Assembly: GCA_020725175.1 (NCBI GenBank)
Contig: DYFM01000005.1
Location: forward strand, 1,855-65,854
Origin: Candidatus Paceibacter sp.
GTDB lineage: Bacteria > Patescibacteriota > Patescibacteriia > Magasanikbacterales > UBA922
Reading direction: 5' to 3'
DNA: 64,000 bases
Shown: in pieces, positions 8,851 to 18,249 of the stretch
Layout: each line of letters begins with the position of its first letter
Numbering within the stretch: position 1 is the stretch's first letter
Notes under the pieces: generated by a model
What the model saw: the letters and a program-made list of their open reading frames with translations, nothing else
Told to the model about the DNA's origin: nothing
Databases searched by the model: none
Position numbers and translations under genes: made by a program

Positions 8851-9759
8851 ATGATCACTTTCTTTCGAGCTATAAAATTTGCTTTTCAAGACATGGGAAG
8901 AAACCTGAGTTTATCCCTCATGACGGTATTTATTTTGGTATTGATGCTTTTATCCATGAATACTCTTCTTATAATACGAACCTTGACTACTGAAGCAACA
9001 TCGTCTATCAAGGATCAGCTTGATATTAGTATCTACTTTAGAGAAGAAACGACCGATGAGCAGGTGGAGGAAGTACGAAAATATTTGGAAACATTTCCCG
9101 AAGTGGTGGAGTTGACAGTCAAAAGTAGAGATGAAGTACTGTCGGAATTTCAAGCAAATTATGAAGGAAATAAGGATGTTCTTGATGCACTTGCTGAACT
9201 TGATGAGAACCCACTTGGGGCAACGATTATTGTAAAAACCAAAGACCCAATTGATTATGAAAAAATCATTGCGTCACTGACGGTCCCTGAGTACAAAAAT
9301 ATCATTGTGGATAAGCCATTTGAAGACAGTAAGACTGCTATTTCTCGTATTGATATTATTACAAAACAGGTGGAGAGATTTACCATTGCTCTCAGTGCAT
9401 TTTTTGCTTTTATTGCTTTTCTCATTATTTTCAACACGATTCGGGTGTCTATTTTTACCCAAAGAGTAGAAATTAACATTAAAAAGTTGGTAGGCGCGAC
9501 AAATTGGTTTATTCGTTCCCCATATGTTATTAGTGCCTTTATTTTCAATCTAGTGAGTGTGGGAATCGCAACTGCAATTGTCTACTACTCTGTAGGTTTT
9601 CTTGATCCCTATACAAGCGTTATTTTTGGTTCAAGCAATATCTTGACAAATTACTACAATTCGCATATACTGATGCTGCTTGGAATTCAGTTTGTGGGTG
9701 TTCTTCTTTTGACTAGTACCACTAGTTGGTTGGCAATGAGAAGACATTTAAGAGTATGA
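8851..9759 (+). CDS. ftsX: Cell division permease FtsX
   Basis: Follows ftsE; NPLGA, FNTIR, KLVGATNWFIRSPY; 4 TM layout. Confidence 0.93.
   Translation: MITFFRAIKFAFQDMGRNLSLSLMTVFILVLMLLSMNTLLIIRTLTTEATSSIKDQLDISIYFREETTDEQVEEVRKYLETFPEVVELTVKSRDEVLSEFQANYEGNKDVLDALAELDENPLGATIIVKTKDPIDYEKIIASLTVPEYKNIIVDKPFEDSKTAISRIDIITKQVERFTIALSAFFAFIAFLIIFNTIRVSIFTQRVEINIKKLVGATNWFIRSPYVISAFIFNLVSVGIATAIVYYSVGFLDPYTSVIFGSSNILTNYYNSHILMLLGIQFVGVLLLTSTTSWLAMRRHLRV
9643..9671 (+). promoter_or_regulatory. Near-consensus promoter inside ftsX 3' end, facing the four-helix-bundle gene and tRNA-Gln
   Basis: TTGACA-17 nt-TATACT. Confidence 0.65.
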
Positions 9760-9801
9760 CTAAGTCTTCTGAGGAGGCTGAGTTTCTGAGTAACTGAGTT
9801 G
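9757..9801. repeat. CTGAG(T) short-unit array upstream of four-helix-bundle gene
   Basis: ctgaggaggctgagtttctgagtaactgagttg, complementary to AACTCAG arrays at 8800-8845 and 10255-10308. Confidence 0.8.
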
Positions 9802-9830
9802 AAATATTCTTAATTTTAGGTAAAAAAAGT

Positions 9831-10193
9831 ATGGGGGGTACGGCCAATTTTAAGAATTTGTTTGTTTATCAGTGTTCATTCAAAAATGCCCTAGAGATAT
9901 ATCGTTTCTCTCAACAGTTGCCTCAATACCTACGATATGATATTGCAGATGACCTGAGAAGAGCAGCTAGATCAGTCCCTTCCAATATTGCTGAAGGATA
10001 TGGAAGGAATAAATCAAATGCTGATATTGTAAACTTTTTACGAACTTCGTTGGGATCGAATGATGAAGTGGTGTTTAATCTAGAGTTTTTAAAAGGATTA
10101 TCCTTGATTAACGAAGAGCAGTATCAACATTTTACAGGTCAAAGCAAACTTATTGGGTCGGGCTTACAAAAATTAATACAGTCACTTTCCTAG
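9831..10193 (+). CDS. Four helix bundle protein (23S rRNA IVS protein / TIGR02436-like)
   Basis: FKNLFVYQ, DDLRRAARSVPSNIAEGYGR, FLRTSLGSNDE. Confidence 0.92.
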   Translation: MGGTANFKNLFVYQCSFKNALEIYRFSQQLPQYLRYDIADDLRRAARSVPSNIAEGYGRNKSNADIVNFLRTSLGSNDEVVFNLEFLKGLSLINEEQYQHFTGQSKLIGSGLQKLIQSLS

Positions 10194-10254
10194 TTTTTAC
10201 ATTTGTTGATTTTGATAGAAGTCAACAAATATGAAAAACTAAGAGAACATAAAG

Positions 10255-10308
10255 TTCTTAGTGAACTCAGAAGACCTAGTTTACTCAGGTCACTCAGAAA
10301 ACTCAGAC
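10255..10308. repeat. (A)ACTCAG short-unit array abutting tRNA-Gln
   Basis: aactcagaagacctagtttactcaggtcactcagaaaactcagac; related arrays at 10457-10510 and 18172-18255. Confidence 0.8.
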
Positions 10309-10379
10309 TCGGGGATCGTCTAATGGTAGGACTCCAGGTTTTGGTCCTGGCTATCGGGGTTCGAATCCCTGTCCCCGAA
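10309..10379 (+). tRNA. tRNA-Gln(TTG)
   Basis: Acceptor TCGGGGA/TCCCCGA; CCAGG-TTTTGGT-CCTGG; TTCGAA. Confidence 0.93.
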
Positions 10380-10407
10380 CGAGGCTATTTGCTCATCTTT
10401 TTTCAGA

Positions 10408-10436
10408 TTGACAATGGCCTGTAAATATAGTAAACT
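10408..10436 (+). promoter_or_regulatory. Promoter upstream of the tRNA-Asn locus
   Basis: TTGACA-17 nt-TAAACT. Confidence 0.55.
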
Positions 10437-10511
10437 AATGTCGAAGTTTTTAGTGCGCTAAGTTATCTGAGTAGGCTCAGTCAACTTAGAACTCTTAGAA
10501 AACTCAAAAAC

Positions 10512-10698
10512 ATTCGGAAGTAGCTCAGTGGTAGTCCCGACAGTGGTCGGGAGTATATCCTCAAGAGCTATATACGGATGAGAATTACAACATATTCGGA
10601 AGTAGCTCAGTGGTAGTCCCGACAGTGGTCGGGAGTATATCCTCAAGAGCTATATACGGATGAGAATTACAACATATTCGGAAGTAGCTCAGTGGTAG
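10512..10698 (+). repeat. Exact 82-bp tandem repeat (2 copies + 23 nt) containing the tRNA-Asn 5' end
   Basis: ATTCGGAAGTAGCTCAGTGGTAG starts at 10512, 10594 and 10676. Confidence 0.9.
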
Positions 10699-11087
10699 AG
10701 CAGTTGGCTGTATATCACGGAATGCGTGTTTTATTACGCATACGACTAGCAGCTCTCGATAGGAATATCGGGATGAAGAACAAGGTGAATTGCTGGAAAC
10801 CCTATCAGGTTATGCTGAGGGTAATCAGCAGCCAAGCCCTATATCTCTACGGAGATCAGTAGGGAAGGTTCAGAGACTATCCTGTAATGGGAGTAGGCTG
10901 GTACATGTATCAGTCGAAGCGCCTTGCACCCCATCGCTTTCGAGCAATCGAAATTTGGCGAGGGTGAAGATATAGTCCACGCTTTCCTGACTATATTGTC
11001 GGGACGATAAACCGTTTCGGTTGTCGCTGGAAACAGGAGATATTACGTGTAACCAATTGGTCGTGGGTTCGAATCCCACCTTCCGAG
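10678..11087 (+). tRNA. tRNA-Asn(GTT) split by an intron; exons 10678-10711 and 11050-11087
   Basis: Joined exons give a 72-nt cloverleaf: TCGGAAG/CTTCCGA acceptor, GTTGG-CTGT|TAA-CCAAT anticodon arm. Confidence 0.9.
10712..11049 (+). ncRNA. Group I intron (338 nt, no ORF)
   Basis: Core-like segments GAATTGCTGGAAAC, AATCAGCAGCC, TTCAGAGACTA, AAGATATAGTCC; exon ends in U; intron ends in G; guide GCAGCT (10749-10754) pairs with GGCTGT. Confidence 0.9.
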
Positions 11088-11311
11088 CAAAAAAGGGTGA
11101 GCAGGTTCTAACGAGCCTGTTTTCTTGTATATGGAGCCATTTTTGAGAAGTTCGGAAGTGAGAAAAAAAGCACTAACTATTTTTTGCTTCAAATAAGACA
11201 TACTTAATTTATCTCGGTGACTAGTGTCGGTGGGGTTCGGACTACGTGTACATAATAAACAAAATAAGAGTATCATTACTCTTATTTTGAAAAATCATTG
11301 TTTTGGTTAAT

Positions 11312-12079
11312 TTATGTGACTTTTCTCAGCACTTCCCATCGGTCATTTCCTTGATTTGTGTAAAATCCTATTTTGAGAGTCTCATTAAAAATTCTTTGTA
11401 CAAACTCGTTATACTCATCTGCATTTCTATCAAATCGTGGCATTCCTTGTGGATCTAAATATGTACTCCACAAATCTGCTAATCTTCTAAAAGTATTTAC
11501 ATCAATAAGATGCGCATCACTGCTTATTTGTGCCATATCTATATTTCCATTTCCTCTAACTACATATATTTGCTTTATTGAATTTCTCCCATTTGAAAAA
11601 TGATTATATATATCCGCCAAGGAAAAAGAATATTCAGCGTTGTGGCTATGTAGTACCGCAGAAATTACTTCGTCTCGGTAAACAATGAGTCCGGAGGGCG
11701 TAGTTATTTCAGTTCGTTTCAACGGTGCAGAAATCGGAGCGCTATATTTCTCTCCTTGTATCAGTGGTCCAAGTTTGAGGTTTCCCTCATGATCGGCCAC
11801 TACCGAACAACTAAATTCAGTATCATATGAATCATGCAGGTAACGTAACTCATCAGCAATTCGAGAAAAATCGCTTGTCGGCCCGTATTCTGCAATGTCG
11901 TCGTAGGCCTCATCCATGAAATCTAATGGTCTATCAATGAGAACAGAGCTGGGCAAATTTTCAAAACTGGGGGGGGTTTCCAGAATAGAATGTCTTAATA
12001 GATCGTGTGCATCCACAAGTTGTTCACTTCTTCTATCTCTGGAATCTCCTCCAAATCTCTTTGATTCGGAATATGGCAT
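11312..12079 (-). CDS. Hypothetical protein with JAB/MPN-like metal motif
   Basis: 255 aa; E...HSHNAEYSFSLAD resembles HxH-x-S-x2-D. Confidence 0.55.
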   Translation of the reverse strand: MPYSESKRFGGDSRDRRSEQLVDAHDLLRHSILETPPSFENLPSSVLIDRPLDFMDEAYDDIAEYGPTSDFSRIADELRYLHDSYDTEFSCSVVADHEGNLKLGPLIQGEKYSAPISAPLKRTEITTPSGLIVYRDEVISAVLHSHNAEYSFSLADIYNHFSNGRNSIKQIYVVRGNGNIDMAQISSDAHLIDVNTFRRLADLWSTYLDPQGMPRFDRNADEYNEFVQRIFNETLKIGFYTNQGNDRWEVLRKVT

Positions 12080-12325
12080 ATGGTTATTTTATGAATTATA
12101 GATTTTGATATGGATAAAATATATCAAATCTTGTTGTTATAGGCAAATTTTTGCACTTGATAAATTTAAGGTAGGTGGATTTACAATCAAAAGATTTTGG
12201 AACTTGTTCCTATATTCGAGCAAACACTCTTCCATACACACTGGTATGGTAAAGACAAAAACATACTCAAAAGAGTATGTTTTTGTTATACTGTACTTGC
12301 TACTTAAACCAGTATTTATTTCTGT

Positions 12326-13197
12326 ATGAATAAAAGAGAATGCAAACAAAAAATACTTGCTGTATATCCAGGGATGGTAAATAGAAGTTTTGAGTACATA
12401 ACAACTGGTAGTGACGATGATGTGGTTATTGTCGGTAAAAAAAATGTTTTTACGTTTCCAAAAAACAAGCCTGGATGTCGTGAAAAATTTGTAACTGAAA
12501 TTAATATACTACCCTTGTTTCAACCTATTGTTAGTCTGTCAATTCCAAAATTAATCTATATTGCCCCGGATATTTCTTTTGGCATGTATAAATATGTGCC
12601 AGGTGTACCATTTACAAAAAAATTGGCCTTGACACTGACTGCAAGACAAAAAACCGCAGCTGCAAAAAAAATTGCCACGTTTCTTTCTGCATTGCATAGC
12701 TTTTCTGCGAACAAAGCCAAGAAGCATGGAGTAACTGATGCATGGTCTGAACGTGACGCACGCTCTTTCTATCTGAAACGAGCAAGGACTGTTTTCAAAA
12801 CACTGAGCTATGATTTTGGTATTGTGCAACGCTTGTTCCGAAAGTACCCGCTCAGCGAAACAACTTACCAAGCTGTTGTTCATCAAGATTTTACCAGCGA
12901 TCATATCTTATTTGACCCAGCAAAAAAGAAGATAATTGTGTTATTGACTTTGGTGATGTACAGATTGCGGATCCGGCAGTTGATATGAGTCGCCTCTGGG
13001 AGTATGGTGAAGATTTTATAGATTTGGTGTTACAATTTTATAAACGAGTAGACATCGATATAAAACAACGAAGTTACCGATGGTGGATATATCACAATAT
13101 AAACTTGATTGAATATGGGTATGAGAAAAAAAAGATTTCTATGATGAAACGAGGTTACAGGAATTTGAAACATATGTATAAAAACCGCTCTCAATAA
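12326..13197 (+). pseudogene. Aminoglycoside phosphotransferase (APH)-family kinase, frameshifted near 12938
   Basis: HQDFTSDHIL in first frame; VIDFGDVQIADPAVDMSRLW continues in another frame into ORF 12985-13197. Confidence 0.8.
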
Positions 13198-13228
13198 TGA
13201 AAGCGGTTTTTATGTTTAACATGTATCA

Positions 13229-16200
13229 TCACCCTCCCGTCACATAATACACAATCTCCACCGGCTTCACACTATATTCTCCGGTAATCATCAACGTCAG
13301 AGGTCCTTCGGTAACGTCAGTTGGGATGATATAGGTATCATTTGAGAAACTTCCACTTGTATTAGCATTGAACGAATGAACCACCTCCTCGCCGGTTCGA
13401 TCGGTTCGAATTTGAATTGGTTCGTTTGGCAGATAGCCGCTACCGATAAATTGTATAGCAGTACCAGGTGCCCCGGCGTATGAGCCAAGTTCTGCCCCGA
13501 GATATACTTCTCCGTGGATAAAGTTTGCTGTAGCTGTGCTACCGGTAGAGGCTCCGGTAGCAGACACGGTTCGTTCACCGGACAGAAAACCGGGGACAGT
13601 GGTGTTGAAGATAAGGTTGCCAGATTCATCGGCAGTAGTTGTACCAAGTAGAAGTCCGTCAAACGTCACTATAACATCTTCACCAGCTCCAAAACCCATA
13701 CCGCTAACAGTAAGCGCTTCTCCACCAAAGCCATAGTAGTGTGATAGTTCAATTCCGGAAGTAAGAGGGGCTACTGTGATTGGTACGGAAACAATAGTAG
13801 CACTGAGTTGTCCGGAAAAAGTAAAAATTACTTCTGTCGCTCCATACGGAATCTGTAATTTGGTATCTGCAAAGGTACCAAATTCATTGGTAGAAAGGGT
13901 AGAAAGAGGTGTGTCGTTTAGTGTAACACGGATCTCTTCACTGGCTGCAAAACCGCTACCTTCAAATGTAACATATGATCCGGCTGGAGTATACCATGTG
14001 TTTGGAGTTACTTCAGGAGTAAAACCGGATAGAGTGATTGTTACCTCTGAAAACGCGCCACTGTTTGTTCCTGAAATGATAAACGTAGCTCCACCGGTAG
14101 TCGTAACCGGGATAGTAATAGGCTCAGTATCAATTTCTCCGGCTGTACTTGAAACTGTTTCAGCAAGTATTTCATCATTTAGAGAAATGGAAACAGGTTC
14201 TTCGCCGCTAAATCCGGTACCTGAGAAGGAGATCTGGCTTCCTGGAGCGGTATACCAGGTACTTGGGGTAACTTGTGGAGTAAATGGTGCAAGCGTAAGA
14301 GTCGTGATGCCGGTCGCGTTACTCATGCCTCCGGTTATCTTTACCGGTACGGTTGAGTTTGATAGACCAAGTGGAATGACTACCGGGGTAGGAGAGACGG
14401 TTCCGTCATGTTCTGCATAGGCATTGATTGACGTTTCACCAACTTCAATTGTTACCGGCTCATTTGGAGCAAACCCAACTCCTGAAACATGTACTGGTGT
14501 TCCGGGGAGAGCATAGTATGAATCTAGTTCAATATATGGAGTAAGTGCGGCAATAGTAACCGTAACTTCAGATGTACCACCACTTTCTTGCCCGATAAAG
14601 ACATACGTTTCTGAGCCATCAGATTCGAAGCCGGTTGTAACGGTTAGGTTCTCAAAATGTCCGTCAATATCTGCCTGTGTTGTTTCTAACATGTTTCCAT
14701 CATTCCTCATGATAATGTTTTCACCGGGAGCAAATCCATCTCCGGAAAAAGTGAGGGGGCTTCCGGCTGGAAGATACCATGTCTGTGGCGTAACCATCGG
14801 ATACAAGCTGCCGAGAGAAATTTCTAGTTTACTTTCTAATCCACTCTTCATTCCTGTTGCATGAATTGTAATACGTGATCCGGAAAGGGGAGCGACAAAC
14901 GGCGCATTCTCGATAAGCACGCCTTCCTCATCGGTTTCAACTTCTATCGGTGCTCGATCATTCATACGAATTTCAACAATGTCCTCTGGAGCAAATCCGC
15001 TACCACTTACCGTAAATGGTTCTGCTGGAAGAATGTAATAAGAAGAAGGGGAGAGAGTGGGGTAAAAGGTGCCAATACTTAGTGATACAGTTGCTTTTGC
15101 TTGGCTCTCCTGACCTTCAAACCGCACTAGACGTGTTTCTTGCCAGGTGTAGGGAATAGTTATTGCCCCAGCTTCGGTAAATGCACCATCAACATCAGTT
15201 GTTATAGTAGTTAATAACTCTCCTGTTACATCGTCCATAACTTGCACCTCTTCATCCGTTCCAAATCCAGTTCCGGTAAATGAAACGTCTGTTCCGGGAA
15301 GAATATAATAGTTATTTGGTGAAACCTGGGGTGTAAATGGAGCAATGGTAATGAGTACAGTTGCTTCGGTTTTACTATTTGTTCCGGAAAGAACTATCGT
15401 GCGACTACTGTTTGACCAGGTAAAAGGAATGGTAAATGTTCCGGCAGTGAGAAATGTGCCGGTACTGTCTGAAGTAAATGAAGCGAGAGGTGTAGAATTG
15501 TTTCCTTCTGTTACCACAATCGTTTCACTATTCCCAAACCCGCTACCGGAAAAAGAAATGGTATGTCCAGCAATGTTGTGATAGCTTGATGGTTCAACGA
15601 GAGAATTGAACGAACCAATCGTGAGCGCAACCTCAGCTTGACCACCACTCGTTTGTCCAATGAGGGTAAATGTGCGAATGCTGTTTAGCCAATCATATGG
15701 AATGACAATTGCGCCGGCATCAAAAAAATTACCGTCTGAATCTGAGCTGAACGTTGCAATAGGTTCGGTGGGGTTACTGGTTTCGTACACGTCAATTGTT
15801 TCGTGGATTGCATACCCTCCACCGGAAAACATGAGCGTTTCTTCCGGAAGAAGATAGTGGGTAGAAGGAGTAACATTTGGAGTAAAGGTACCAATTGTAA
15901 TGTCTACCGAAGCCTCGGCATTACTCGTATTTCCTCGTAACGTAAACGTTTGCGATCCGGTCAGGCTGAGCGGAATAGGTATCGTACCGGCATCTGTAAA
16001 CGATCCATTTGCATCAGCCTGAATAGAGGCGAGTGGAGAGCCATCGTCTCCTTTGTAGACCTGTATTTCTTCATGGGTCGCAAATCCACTGCCGGAAAAA
16101 CTGAGTGATTGAGTAGGAAGCACATAATACGTGGACGGAGAAATACTCGGGAAAAAACCACCAACGTAAAAATAGTCAATGGTTGTTGCGGCAGAGGATT

Positions 16201-16765
16201 GCCCGGTAGCGGTGAGCTCATATGTACCAAATGCAATTGTGGGAACAGTAGCCGACGCGTCTTGAAATGAACCGTCTGCGTTGGCGGTGGTAATTCCTAT
16301 TTCTTTGCCTTGGATAGTAAACGAAATTGTTTCGTCTGGGGCAAAACCGTTTCCGTCAATTGAAAGTAGGCTGCCGGGAGTGTTATTTCCGGATACTGTG
16401 ATTGTTGGTGTGAACGGAACTATGTAATAGCTATTGCTTTGCAGCTCTTGTGTTTCAGACCCTTTGGCAAAGATGGGTAATGGGCCCTGTGGTGTATTAT
16501 CCGGAATATTAATTTGAACATTGAAAAAGCTATCCTCTCCGGCAGTTACGGTCGCAACTTCACCACTTTCCGGAGTAAACAAATACAGTGTTATCGTCTC
16601 TCCCGGTATCCAACCACCTCCTTGTACTTCAACCTCCGTGGCTGGGCCGCTAAAAGAGCTTAAGGTAAGATATGCGGCTGCTTGTATATATTGAAAAGGG
16701 ATAATTAGCATAAGACCGGCTACAGTTATAGCGGTTATGCGAAAGAAGAAAAGCCGTGTTCTCAT
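13229..16765 (-). CDS. Secreted 1178-aa protein of ~13 tandem beta-rich (Ig-like) repeats
   Basis: N-terminal signal peptide; 13 GxG[FWY]xxxExV/I motifs about 90 aa apart; Thr/Ser/Gly rich. Confidence 0.85.
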   Translation of the reverse strand: MRTRLFFFRITAITVAGLMLIIPFQYIQAAAYLTLSSFSGPATEVEVQGGGWIPGETITLYLFTPESGEVATVTAGEDSFFNVQINIPDNTPQGPLPIFAKGSETQELQSNSYYIVPFTPTITVSGNNTPGSLLSIDGNGFAPDETISFTIQGKEIGITTANADGSFQDASATVPTIAFGTYELTATGQSSAATTIDYFYVGGFFPSISPSTYYVLPTQSLSFSGSGFATHEEIQVYKGDDGSPLASIQADANGSFTDAGTIPIPLSLTGSQTFTLRGNTSNAEASVDITIGTFTPNVTPSTHYLLPEETLMFSGGGYAIHETIDVYETSNPTEPIATFSSDSDGNFFDAGAIVIPYDWLNSIRTFTLIGQTSGGQAEVALTIGSFNSLVEPSSYHNIAGHTISFSGSGFGNSETIVVTEGNNSTPLASFTSDSTGTFLTAGTFTIPFTWSNSSRTIVLSGTNSKTEATVLITIAPFTPQVSPNNYYILPGTDVSFTGTGFGTDEEVQVMDDVTGELLTTITTDVDGAFTEAGAITIPYTWQETRLVRFEGQESQAKATVSLSIGTFYPTLSPSSYYILPAEPFTVSGSGFAPEDIVEIRMNDRAPIEVETDEEGVLIENAPFVAPLSGSRITIHATGMKSGLESKLEISLGSLYPMVTPQTWYLPAGSPLTFSGDGFAPGENIIMRNDGNMLETTQADIDGHFENLTVTTGFESDGSETYVFIGQESGGTSEVTVTIAALTPYIELDSYYALPGTPVHVSGVGFAPNEPVTIEVGETSINAYAEHDGTVSPTPVVIPLGLSNSTVPVKITGGMSNATGITTLTLAPFTPQVTPSTWYTAPGSQISFSGTGFSGEEPVSISLNDEILAETVSSTAGEIDTEPITIPVTTTGGATFIISGTNSGAFSEVTITLSGFTPEVTPNTWYTPAGSYVTFEGSGFAASEEIRVTLNDTPLSTLSTNEFGTFADTKLQIPYGATEVIFTFSGQLSATIVSVPITVAPLTSGIELSHYYGFGGEALTVSGMGFGAGEDVIVTFDGLLLGTTTADESGNLIFNTTVPGFLSGERTVSATGASTGSTATANFIHGEVYLGAELGSYAGAPGTAIQFIGSGYLPNEPIQIRTDRTGEEVVHSFNANTSGSFSNDTYIIPTDVTEGPLTLMITGEYSVKPVEIVYYVTGG

Positions 16766-17057
16766 AGATTTTGTAATAAAAAAGAATACAGATGAGCTAT
16801 CCCGGTTTGGATGCTGCTATTTCTATTGTCCATATTTATGTAGCAATTGTCAAATTTTTTACTCTATGTGTATTTTTTTCAATATACTTGTTAATTTTTG
16901 CTTTTAGCCTATTACAGCCTGTTACTCTGTCCCAAGAAGGCAAATAAGACATGAAAGAAATGTGAATTTAAAGAAACCTTCTCATCTATACTTATTATTG
17001 CAGGGTTACAATAAAAAAAGATACCTGTGAAGTATCAATTAAAGACAAAAACTATTG

Positions 17058-17555
17058 TTATGCGCGTATCGAAAGTATACTAAATTTTTTTTCACTATCG
17101 CGAATGACAATACTACCGGTATCATGCGCTTTTTTCCCTAGTAGTGCCGCACCAATAGGCGAGGTATGAGAGATTATTCCTTGAGACGGATTTGTTTCTG
17201 AGGAGCCAAGAATTGTGAATGTTTTTTCTTCTCCATCGAGAAGAATGGTGACAGTACTGCCGACTTGTACTGTATCAGTTTGGGATAGAGTAATAATTTC
17301 CGCTCGCTTCAACTGTTCTTCAAGAACAAGAATACGACTGTTGATTCCCCGCAATCTTCCTTTGGCGAGTTGATATTCAACATTTTCTGAAAAATCACCT
17401 AGCTCTGCTAATCGAGATACTTCCAGTGTGGCAGGCTGTCTACGTTTGTATAAACTTTTTAGTTCATGTTCAAGTTCATCGTATTTCTCTTGTGTCATGA
17501 GCGGGTCCTGCCTTTGAGTCATGTATTTTCCAGGTTTTCGTTTGGGTAGTTGCAT
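17058..17555 (-). CDS. GreA/GreB family factor (second paralogue)
   Basis: GDFSENVEY, ISHTSPIGAALLGK. Confidence 0.9.
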   Translation of the reverse strand: MQLPKRKPGKYMTQRQDPLMTQEKYDELEHELKSLYKRRQPATLEVSRLAELGDFSENVEYQLAKGRLRGINSRILVLEEQLKRAEIITLSQTDTVQVGSTVTILLDGEEKTFTILGSSETNPSQGIISHTSPIGAALLGKKAHDTGSIVIRDSEKKFSILSIRA

Positions 17556-17570
17556 ACATTGTATTAGTAG

Positions 17571-17642
17571 GGATCAAACGAATGAGGCGGATTACAACGA
17601 ATTCGTTATAATCCGTTCAATTCGATCAATCCGTGGTCTATT
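17571..17642. repeat. Palindromic element of CGGAT/CGAAT units ending GGTCTATT
   Basis: Same family as 30288, 32377, 33891, 34348 and 44663 elements; left end missing. Confidence 0.7.
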
Positions 17643-17643
17643 A

Positions 17644-18096
17644 TTATCGTACTTCAATTGTATCAACCACAGCATCTAGTAATTCCTTCATCTTTCGATC
17701 ATTCATTTGATAAAAAAGTTTTACCACGAATGATCCGGAAGCACCGGTGAGTGTTTTGATATCTTTGGGGATATTTCGGTCGGCATAGTCTTGTGTCTGC
17801 CCATCTTCTACACCAAATGGTAAGTCTTGTGCGTCAGAAGTTGAAACAATTTCGATACGTGAATTATCTCCTGTTATCAAAAGTATGTCTGTTTCTGGTT
17901 CACGTTCCACAACATACCCATCAGGATATTGAAATGTCATTGCGTCTGATGTGTATGAATGTTTCAATTTGTATATCTCAGCCTGGGTTGGTTCTGGGGC
18001 AGATTCATTGGAACTATCATTTCTAAACACAAAAAATGTAATGCTCGCAAGAATAATAATTCCCGATACAACCGGCAAAAAGATTTTTTTGTTCAT
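17644..18096 (-). CDS. Hypothetical membrane-anchored protein
   Basis: N-terminal TM then soluble domain (FQYPDGY). Confidence 0.7.
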   Translation of the reverse strand: MNKKIFLPVVSGIIILASITFFVFRNDSSNESAPEPTQAEIYKLKHSYTSDAMTFQYPDGYVVEREPETDILLITGDNSRIEIVSTSDAQDLPFGVEDGQTQDYADRNIPKDIKTLTGASGSFVVKLFYQMNDRKMKELLDAVVDTIEVR

Positions 18097-18249
18097 ATCA
18101 AAATATTTGTTGAGAAGTAATAGATAAAAAATGCAGTAACCACACTTCCGCGGTAATCACTCATCAATCAGGACTACTCAGTAAACAAAACCAACTTAAC
18201 TTACTCCAAAAACTTAGCTTACCCAGAGAACTCAGAAAACCCAGTCAAC

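Noticed and set aside
9831-10193. Diversity-generating retroelement (Avd-like gene)
   Set aside because: No reverse transcriptase and no TR/VR pair with adenine-specific mismatches seen in the window.
10512-10698. Possible CRISPR array (23-nt repeat three times)
   Set aside because: The intervening sequences are identical, the repeat is the tRNA 5' end, and no cas genes are present.
12150-12290. Possible leader peptide/attenuator before the APH gene
   Set aside because: A strong hairpin exists near 12255-12287, but there is no convincing SD, leader ORF or antiterminator.
13776-15857. Plus-strand ORFs of up to 214 aa opposite the large repeat protein
   Set aside because: Antisense shadows of a codon-biased gene, with no recognisable motifs; the same applies to shadow ORFs over cysS, clpB and others.
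17058-17555. Second greA as a novel system
   Set aside because: Gre paralogues are common and both copies keep the standard acidic motif.
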